Assembly (NCBI GenBank): GCA_964580935.1
Contig: CAZOLG010000003.1
Location: 217,098 to 281,097, forward strand
Length of the DNA: 64,000 nt
Direction of reading: 5' to 3'
Source: an uncultured Methanomassiliicoccales archaeon
GTDB taxonomy: Archaea; Thermoplasmatota; Thermoplasmata; Methanomassiliicoccales; CAZOLG01
Part shown: positions 18,369 through 25,106 of the stretch, piece by piece
Layout of the letters: every line of letters begins with the position of its first letter
Position numbering within the stretch: the stretch's first letter is position 1
Program-made: the position numbers and the translations under genes
The notes under the pieces: generated by a model
What the model was told of the DNA's origin: nothing
Databases searched by the model: none
What the model saw: only the letters and a program-made list of their open reading frames with translations

Positions 18369-19910
18369 CTAATCCTCCTCTGTGGGCTTGAGGCTACAGG
18401 TAAGGGACTGGCACTGCTGGCAGTCGACCTCATCGGCCATCTCTCTAGCTCTGGCCAGCGCTTCTCCGCCCTCCCTTTTCACAGTCCTCCAGCTCAGGTA
18501 AGCCTTTCTGGCTGCGTACACCTCGTCCACCCGGCTGGAGGAAGTGGACTCTGGAGCTGACCTGATCGCCTCCGGGTCTTCGTTTGCAATGCATATCATG
18601 GCCCTTGCGTACTGATCCAGGGTTTCTCTGTTCTCCGTCTCAGTCGGCTCAATCATCAGTGCCTCCTCCACCAGTGAGGGGAAGTAGATGGTGGGAGCGT
18701 GCATGCCGTAGTCCAGTATCGCCTTTCCCACGTCCAGTGCCCTGACCCCCTTTTCTTTCAGGCCCTTGGCACTGGCCACGAACTCGTGCTTCTTGAGGTC
18801 TTTGAATGGTACATCGTATTCCTGTTTCAACTTCTCTTTAAGGTAGTTGGAGTTCAGCACCGCTCTCTCGGTCACCTTTTTCAGACCGTTTCCTCCCTTC
18901 CTGAGGATGTACGCGTAGGCTCTGACCAACACGGCGAAGTTACCGTAGAACGACCGCACCTTACCGATGCTCAGCGGACGATCATAGTCCAGGGAGTACT
19001 GTCCGTTGTGCTCCACGATCCTTGGGATGGGCAAGAAGGGAGTCAGCTCTTCAGCCACACCCACTGGCCCAGCTCCCGGCCCGCCGCCACCGTGGGGAGT
19101 GGCAAACGTCTTGTGTAGGTTGAAGTGCATGATATCGAAATCCATCATGCCCGGATTAGTATAACCCATGACGGCGTTCAGGTTGGCCCCATCGTAGTAG
19201 AGCAGCGCTCCGTAGTCATGCACGATGTCCGCCATCTCTATCACCTCGTGTTCGAAGATCCCCAGCGTGTTGGGGTTGGTGATCATGAATGCGGCGGTAT
19301 CCTCGGAGATCGCGCTCTCCAGCGCATCCAGGTCCACACATCCATCGTCTGTGGAAGGGATCTCTATCACTTCGAATCCGGCCATAGCCGCGCTGGCCGG
19401 GTTGGTGCCGTGGGCGGTATCAGGTATGATCACTTCATCCCTGCTCCCTTCGTTATGGGTGTGGTACGCCTTGGCGAGCAACATTCCGGTGAACTCGCCG
19501 TGGGCCCCGGCGGCGGGCTGAAGGCTTACTGCGTCCATCCCACCGATCTCCGCAAGAGACTCCTGCAGCCCGTACATCAGCCTCAGGGCTCCCTGCAGGG
19601 TCTCCTCCGGCTGATAGGGATGCAAGTCCGTCACCTGTGTTAAAGAGGCCAACCGGTCAGCGTACTTCGGGTTGTACTTCATGGTACACGACCCCAGAGG
19701 ATAGAATCCGTTGTCCACCCCGAAGTTCATCTGAGAGAGGTTGGTATAGTGCTTGACCACCTCCCTCTCGGGCACGTTGGGCAGCTCCAGCTCCTCCCGC
19801 CTCATCTCCTCAGGCACCGGGCTCTCCTCTTCGGCGGGCAGCGAGAAGTCGGTCCCCCCGCCACGCTCCAGGATCAGCTTTCTGTCATATCTTGCCTGTC
19901 TGTACATCAC
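18369..19910 (-). CDS. gcvPB: Glycine dehydrogenase (decarboxylating) subunit 2
   Basis: PLP-lysine motif HFNLHKTFATPHGGGGPG. ATGA overlap with gcvPA. Confidence 0.9.
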   Translation of the reverse strand: MMYRQARYDRKLILERGGGTDFSLPAEEESPVPEEMRREELELPNVPEREVVKHYTNLSQMNFGVDNGFYPLGSCTMKYNPKYADRLASLTQVTDLHPYQPEETLQGALRLMYGLQESLAEIGGMDAVSLQPAAGAHGEFTGMLLAKAYHTHNEGSRDEVIIPDTAHGTNPASAAMAGFEVIEIPSTDDGCVDLDALESAISEDTAAFMITNPNTLGIFEHEVIEMADIVHDYGALLYYDGANLNAVMGYTNPGMMDFDIMHFNLHKTFATPHGGGGPGAGPVGVAEELTPFLPIPRIVEHNGQYSLDYDRPLSIGKVRSFYGNFAVLVRAYAYILRKGGNGLKKVTERAVLNSNYLKEKLKQEYDVPFKDLKKHEFVASAKGLKEKGVRALDVGKAILDYGMHAPTIYFPSLVEEALMIEPTETENRETLDQYARAMICIANEDPEAIRSAPESTSSSRVDEVYAARKAYLSWRTVKREGGEALARAREMADEVDCQQCQSLTCSLKPTEED

Positions 19911-21232
19911 ACCACCTCCCTCAGGCCAGTGAGAAACCTATCGTGGTCGCTTTCTGAATGCAGCTCTGTGGTGGCAACCAGCACGTGTTGATTCATCTGT
20001 GGGATGTTTCTGTCGAGACTAACTCCGCCCATGATGTTACGTTTCAGCAACGAACGATTCCATTCTTCAGGAGGCACGGGCGTCTCCACCACAAACTCGT
20101 TGAAATGTGGGGAATCAATGAAGGGGACTGAATGATCATCGAGGCCGTCAATCTTCTCCATAAGCGATCTGGCTTTGGAGATGTTGTGGCGGGCCAGTGA
20201 TTGTAGTCCCTCTCCACCGAGCACGGAGAGGTAGATGGCGGCGGTCACCGCCATCAGCGCCTCGTTGGTGCAAATATTGGAGGTGGCCTTGCTCCTCCGT
20301 ATATGCTGCTCTCTCGTCTGCAGGGTCATGCAGAACGCTCTACCGCCCCCCTCGTCCTTGGTGAGCCCGATGATACGTCCGGGCATCATCCTGACGTATT
20401 CCTTCTTGGCAGCGAATATGCCCAGCAAGGGCCCTCCGAAGTTCATCGGCGCTCCCAGCACCTGACCTTCACCGATCACTATATCGGCACCGTACTCCGC
20501 CGGCGGGGTGAGAACACCCAGTGAAAGAGGGTTTGCTCCCACTACCAACAGAGACTCCTCATAGCGCCCTTTGATCTGCTTCACCTGGGAGTCGATCACA
20601 CCGAAGAAGTTGGGCACTTCGAAGTAGATGCCCCCCACTCCCTCGTCCATCTTGGAGTCCAAGTCCTCCAGATCCGCTCTGCCGTCCTCCCCGAAAGAGT
20701 ACTCCACCAGCTCCATTTCCGGTCCCCGTATGTAGTTGCGCAGTGCGCTCTTCTTCTCCCAGTTGATAGCTTCGGGAATCATGATCTTGTCCCTCCCGTT
20801 GATACGGTGGCACATGGTGGCCGCCTCACCAAGAGCACTGGCACCGTCGTAGTTGGACGAGTTCACAGCCTCCAGGCCGGTTAGCTCAGCGATCAAGCTC
20901 TGGTATTCAAACAGAGCCTGCAGCATACCCTGACTGATCTCAGCCTGGTAGGGGGTGTATGAAGTCAAGAATTCAGAACGGGAAGCGATTTGGGAGACGA
21001 CCGAGGGTATGAAGTGATTGTATACCCCGCCTCCAAGGAATGAAGTGTAATCCTCAGGGTCGGACCCTGCGTTGAGAATGGAGCGGACTTCTTCGATGAC
21101 CTCCATCTCGGACATGCCTTCGGGCAGGTCAATACCATCAACTCTGATGCCCGCTGGCAGATCCGAGAAAAGTTCCTCGATATCGTCGAAGCCGATCGAT
21201 TCCAGCATCTCCTCTGTATGGTCATGCATCAT
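19907..21232 (-). CDS. gcvPA: Glycine dehydrogenase (decarboxylating) subunit 1
   Basis: P-protein alpha-subunit pattern (SYTPYQAEISQG..) and operon position upstream of gcvPB. Confidence 0.9.
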   Translation of the reverse strand: MMHDHTEEMLESIGFDDIEELFSDLPAGIRVDGIDLPEGMSEMEVIEEVRSILNAGSDPEDYTSFLGGGVYNHFIPSVVSQIASRSEFLTSYTPYQAEISQGMLQALFEYQSLIAELTGLEAVNSSNYDGASALGEAATMCHRINGRDKIMIPEAINWEKKSALRNYIRGPEMELVEYSFGEDGRADLEDLDSKMDEGVGGIYFEVPNFFGVIDSQVKQIKGRYEESLLVVGANPLSLGVLTPPAEYGADIVIGEGQVLGAPMNFGGPLLGIFAAKKEYVRMMPGRIIGLTKDEGGGRAFCMTLQTREQHIRRSKATSNICTNEALMAVTAAIYLSVLGGEGLQSLARHNISKARSLMEKIDGLDDHSVPFIDSPHFNEFVVETPVPPEEWNRSLLKRNIMGGVSLDRNIPQMNQHVLVATTELHSESDHDRFLTGLREVV

Positions 21233-21274
21233 GTTATGAATTATACGGAGGAGGTCAATATTATCTTTTTGAAC

Positions 21275-21679
21275 TCAATATCTCCGCGCCTCAGCCTGCA
21301 ACCGTGAGATGAACGGTATCAACCCCTCCACATCCTTTATCTCCTTCTTGCTCAGTCTGGCCAGACGCGTCCTGATCGAGTGATCAAAGGAAACCTCGTT
21401 GGCCTTCAGGGCATCCTTCAACAGACGGCAGAGCTGTCCCCCCGTACGGTCCCAATCGGTAAGGATTATCGCCTCTTTCTCATCCCGGGCGAGCTCTTCA
21501 GCCAACTGGAATATGCTCTTCCCGCTCTGTACCTGCCGTAGATCGCCATCGATCCCCAGGGCGTTCAGAGCCTCCACATCCTTCTGCCCTTCGACAAGTA
21601 TGGCCACATCTTCCTCTCTGAATTTCAGCTCGTCAAGCATTTTGTTGATTTCCTCCAAAGTGTCGGCTGGGTTTCTCAT
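21275..21679 (-). CDS. Small Toprim-domain protein (archaeal RNase M5/primase-like)
   Basis: Toprim signature ILVEGQKD ... ILTDWDRTG. The start is set to Met43 (MRNPADT, ATG 21679), which overlaps the upstream stop as ATGA. Confidence 0.65.
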   Translation of the reverse strand: MRNPADTLEEINKMLDELKFREEDVAILVEGQKDVEALNALGIDGDLRQVQSGKSIFQLAEELARDEKEAIILTDWDRTGGQLCRLLKDALKANEVSFDHSIRTRLARLSKKEIKDVEGLIPFISRLQAEARRY

Positions 21680-21978
21680 AATAATGCCTCCAATCTCTCC
21701 GCCACCTGCTCCGTAACCATGTCCACAAAGACGGTTTTGGACCGACCAGTGTGTCCACGGGTGATGATAACATCGCTTCCCAAAAACTCGGAGAGCACTC
21801 TGCACAATTCCTCGTTAGCTTCACCCTTCCTGGGCGCCGCGCTAACCCTCACCACAAGACAATCTCTCCAGGGATTGATGCCCTCTACTGAAGATTCGGA
21901 TGCGTTGGGGGTCACTCTCACCATGATCTCCGTTCCCCCTTCCTTTTCTCTCAAAACGGCTTCGGGGTCCACGACCAT
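21676..21978 (-). CDS. DUF167 (YggU-like) protein
   Basis: 100-aa protein matching the typical YggU pattern: V.V.PNAS...V.G......L.V.V.A.P..G.AN.EL...L...LG. Confidence 0.65.
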   Translation of the reverse strand: MVVDPEAVLREKEGGTEIMVRVTPNASESSVEGINPWRDCLVVRVSAAPRKGEANEELCRVLSEFLGSDVIITRGHTGRSKTVFVDMVTEQVAERLEALL

Positions 21979-22075
21979 ACGATTGGCGGGGACATTAAAA
22001 TATTATCGTCCGAGGTTGTCAACAAGATCCCCTTTTTCAGAATAATCTTATACCCTCAACTTGTTGTATTGAACA

Positions 22076-22903
22076 ATGGGACCGCCGTACGAACCTTTGA
22101 CATTCAGAGACATAACCGAGGTCTATAGGAGAGAGAAGCGATCCAGAGATATTACTGACATCCGCTCCGATTTCTATTCTGCGGTGGAGAAGTTCATACA
22201 GAGGAGTATCAAGGAGAACGAGGAGGAGATGACTGAAGACCCCTTCTCTCTCAAGGCCCTGAGCATCAGCGATACCATCAAGAAAGCTTCTGCCAAAACG
22301 GTTCAGATCTTCGAGATCAGGGCGGAGAAGATACTGCTGATGGCCCTACGGGCCTCGAGCGGATCCAATGTGGACACCGGCAAGCTGACCAAGAGGGAGA
22401 AGAACCTGTTCAATGAGGTGTTCTCCGCTCTCTCCGCTACACGGTCAAACCTCATCTCTCAGGACAACTTCGCTCCCAAGTTGAAGGTGGAGCCCTCTCC
22501 ACCGCCCGAATCGGTGGATGGTGAGGAAGAAATGGAGGTCGAGTCTGAACGGCCACTACTTCCCCAAGATGAGCTAGAGGGAGATGACGAGGAAGAACCT
22601 CATGGGGGAAGTGAAGAGGAGATTGAGGAGTCTCCAGAAGAATGGCAAAAGGAGTCCGCTGAGGACCCTGAAGAGAGGACGGAGGAGACCCCCGACCTCT
22701 CCGCTATGGAACCCATCTCCAACGGTTCGTTGATCGTGGTCAGGATGTTGGAAGACGTCCCCCCTTTCGCCGGACCAGAGAGAGACTACAGGCTGATGGA
22801 GCAGGATGTGGTGGCTCTGCCCACTGTAATAGGAAAGGCCCTGGTATCTAAGGGGATGGCCGAAGAGGTCAAAACGATGTCTCTGCCTGGTGCCGGCCAA
22901 TAA
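22076..22903 (+). CDS. GINS subunit (Gins51/Gins15-like) with a long acidic insertion
   Basis: The N-terminal A-domain pattern is L.FRDI..VYR.E......I..DFY, with R.EKIL..AL. The C-terminal B-domain is VVRMLEDVPPFAGPERDYRLMEQDVVALP...A..LV..G.A. The two are separated by about 75 aa of Glu/Asp/Pro-rich sequence. Confidence 0.5.
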   Translation: MGPPYEPLTFRDITEVYRREKRSRDITDIRSDFYSAVEKFIQRSIKENEEEMTEDPFSLKALSISDTIKKASAKTVQIFEIRAEKILLMALRASSGSNVDTGKLTKREKNLFNEVFSALSATRSNLISQDNFAPKLKVEPSPPPESVDGEEEMEVESERPLLPQDELEGDDEEEPHGGSEEEIEESPEEWQKESAEDPEERTEETPDLSAMEPISNGSLIVVRMLEDVPPFAGPERDYRLMEQDVVALPTVIGKALVSKGMAEEVKTMSLPGAGQ

Positions 22904-23752
22904 TCACTTGATGGGTATCACTTGGGGCTCGCCCGGATTCTCCAGGCACAGCAGGTTTTCTGTTGTACATGATAGATATCTAGCTACTGTTCTTCTGGCC
23001 ACCTGAGGGGTGTTATTGTTCCTGCTCAGGTGGCTCAGGAACACCCTTCGTCCCTTCCTCTCCGTGGCCTTGAGCGCCCGTCCACAGTCGGAATTTGACA
23101 GATGACCCTCCTCGCCACGTATGATCCTCTTGAGAAATGGTGGATAGGGCCCGTTCATCAGCATCTCCACATCGTGATTGGCCTCGATCATCACCAGGTC
23201 TGCTCTCTCCATCTCGGACAGGATGGTCGGGTTGACCGTTCCCAGGTCGCTGGCGACCAGGCAGGAACGGCCAGAAAGGGCGAGAGAAAAGGCGTTAGGT
23301 TCGGCCGCATTGTGAGATACTGGAAGGGGAAGCACGGTGAACGGTCCGAATGGGAACGGCTTACCGGTGTGGAAAACCTCTCTGTTCACACCGGAGCCCA
23401 AATTCGCGCCTTCCAGAGTATTCCTATTACCGCAGACAGGGATCCCGTAACGGCGGGCGAGTATCCCCGCGGCGCGCACATGATCCGAGTGCTCGTGGGT
23501 GAGCAGTATGGCCGACACGTCGTCAGGGGCAAGACCAGTTCTGTTCAGCAGCCCCTCAATCTTTCTGCCGCTGAGCCCCGCATCGATCATCAAGGCGGTG
23601 CCGTTGCTCTTGACAACAGAGCAATTACCATCACTCCCACTTGCTAGAACATGCAATTCGAAATCTGTCGTCAACGGTGCACCCTCTTTTCTATCTGCAA
23701 GCATATAGAATAGGTTAGCTATGTAAGTTCTGGGAAGGATATGATAATTCAT
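22904..23752 (-). CDS. MBL-fold metallo-hydrolase
   Basis: THEHSDH motif and a YycJ-like N-terminus (VLASGSDGNCSVV). The true start may be Met17 (23704). Confidence 0.75.
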   Translation of the reverse strand: MNYHILPRTYIANLFYMLADRKEGAPLTTDFELHVLASGSDGNCSVVKSNGTALMIDAGLSGRKIEGLLNRTGLAPDDVSAILLTHEHSDHVRAAGILARRYGIPVCGNRNTLEGANLGSGVNREVFHTGKPFPFGPFTVLPLPVSHNAAEPNAFSLALSGRSCLVASDLGTVNPTILSEMERADLVMIEANHDVEMLMNGPYPPFLKRIIRGEEGHLSNSDCGRALKATERKGRRVFLSHLSRNNNTPQVARRTVARYLSCTTENLLCLENPGEPQVIPIK

Positions 23753-24086
23753 ACTTGAAGTGATGATCGCTCAACTCTGCAGAGGGTTAGGACAGAGTGA
23801 TAAGGTAGGCCCCTGCTTCGTTATACGAGAACTACCACGGAGGGTGACTACAGCAGGTTCTCACCTGATCAAGGCCGATGATGATCCAGATAATGAGGAG
23901 AAGACAGTCCGAGCTACGGACCTATTGTTGAGTTGTTACCTCTTGGAATCGCCGGATTCTGCCTCTCACCCGCATCTCTCTTTTGACGGGAATGCTTCCC
24001 AGAATCTCCATCTTTCAATATCTTATTGGAAGAGATATCCAAGCTAGTCCAGCCCGTTAAATACGTCATGGGATAATGAAATAACC

Positions 24087-24767
24087 ATGTTCGACCTCAT
24101 CGAGGACGAGTCCTTGAGAGAGAAACGCCATATCTTCAAGGATCGGCGGGAAGCCGGCATTAGGCTGGCCGATCTCCTCGAGCATGAGCTCTCCCCTGAC
24201 CCCCTGATAATGGCAATACCCTCAGGTGGAATCCCAGTTGCAGGAGAGGTCTCCAGGAGTCTAAATCTTCAATTAGACGTTGTTATCGTGCGCAAGATAC
24301 AGTTCCCTTACAACCCCGAAGCGGGCTTCGGGGCGGTGACCCCCGACGGGAGTGCGGTTTACAAGGAAGGGCTGGTTTCGAGAATGGGTCTCACCGATGA
24401 GCAGGTAGAGAAACAGAGGGAGATATCCTATGAAAGCGTCCTGGCCAGGAACGCTGATTTCAGGGAGGGCAGGGGCTACTCGGATATTGAAGGTAGGAAT
24501 ATTCTGCTGGTTGATGACGGGCTGGCTTCCGGTTCCACCATGGCAGCCGCTTCTAGTTTCGTCAAACAGAAAGGTGCGAAGAAGATCATAGTCGCCGTCC
24601 CCACTGCTTCCCCAGAAGCCATTGATTACCTGAGCGATAGAGTGGACAGGATATTCTGCCTCAATGTCAGGTCCAGTCCGGTCTTTGCGGTGGCAGACGC
24701 CTACCGGCAGTGGAGGGATCTGACCGAGGAAGAGGCTCTTGAATTGTTCAAGGAATACCGGGAGTGA
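24087..24767 (+). CDS. Phosphoribosyltransferase-family protein
   Basis: PRPP-binding loop ILLVDDGLASGSTM and an N-terminal F.DR.EAG..LA pattern. Confidence 0.7.
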   Translation: MFDLIEDESLREKRHIFKDRREAGIRLADLLEHELSPDPLIMAIPSGGIPVAGEVSRSLNLQLDVVIVRKIQFPYNPEAGFGAVTPDGSAVYKEGLVSRMGLTDEQVEKQREISYESVLARNADFREGRGYSDIEGRNILLVDDGLASGSTMAAASSFVKQKGAKKIIVAVPTASPEAIDYLSDRVDRIFCLNVRSSPVFAVADAYRQWRDLTEEEALELFKEYRE

Positions 24768-24864
24768 GTTGTCCCCTATCGGGATCCCTTGCTTTCCCCT
24801 TGAGTTACTTGAATCAGATCTACTTAGCACTATTGTGTTACTCTGGATTCTGGACTTGCGATAT

Positions 24865-24873
24865 CTTTATTTA
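24865..24873 (+). promoter_or_regulatory. TATA box (CTTTATTTA) for the tRNA gene
   Basis: Centred 29 nt upstream of tRNA position 1 (24898). Confidence 0.4.
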
Positions 24874-24897
24874 GACCAATCTTATATTGCCGCAGCA

Positions 24898-24992
24898 GGG
24901 CCCGTAGCTCAGCTAGGTAGAGCAATCGGCTCTTAACCGATGGGTCGAGGGTTCGAAAGGTTTGGAAAAACCCGAATATCCCTCCGGGCCCG
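24898..24992 (+). tRNA. tRNA-Lys (anticodon CUU) containing a 21-nt intron in the T-loop
   Basis: Hand-folded as follows:
- Acceptor stem: GGGCCCG/CGGGCCC
- D arm: GCTC-AGCTAGGTA-GAGC
- Anticodon arm: ATCGG-CTCTTAA-CCGAT
- Variable loop: GGGTC
- T stem: GAGGG/CCCTC
- Discriminator: G

The T stem encloses 28 nt instead of 7. Removing 21 nt restores TTCGAAT. CCA is not encoded. Confidence 0.85.
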
Positions 24993-24994
24993 CC

Positions 24995-24999
24995 TTTTT
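24995..24999 (+). terminator. Oligo-T terminator (TTTTT) immediately after the tRNA
   Basis: A T5 run begins 3 nt after the discriminator base. Archaeal termination typically occurs at oligo-T. Confidence 0.4.
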
Positions 25000-25106
25000 C
25001 GTTACCGCCACTGAACAGTTAGTTCGATTGAGGATATTGTCCTGCAAACCATTTTATGACATAATCTTCTTTCGAATATCCTAGAAGTTGGTCCAGTGGG
25101 AATGAA

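Noticed and set aside
23759-23960. Possible C/D-box sRNAs, suggested by C-box-like GTGATGA at 23759 and ATGATGA at about 23877.
   Set aside because: No CUGA D box or D'/C' pair lies at the required 12-nt guide spacing, and no terminal complementary stem is present.
23760-24047. 95-aa plus-strand ORF in the MBL/PRTase intergenic region.
   Set aside because: It has a GTG start without an RBS or promoter spacing, an atypical composition and no recognisable motif. It is kept only as part of the intergenic-region finding.
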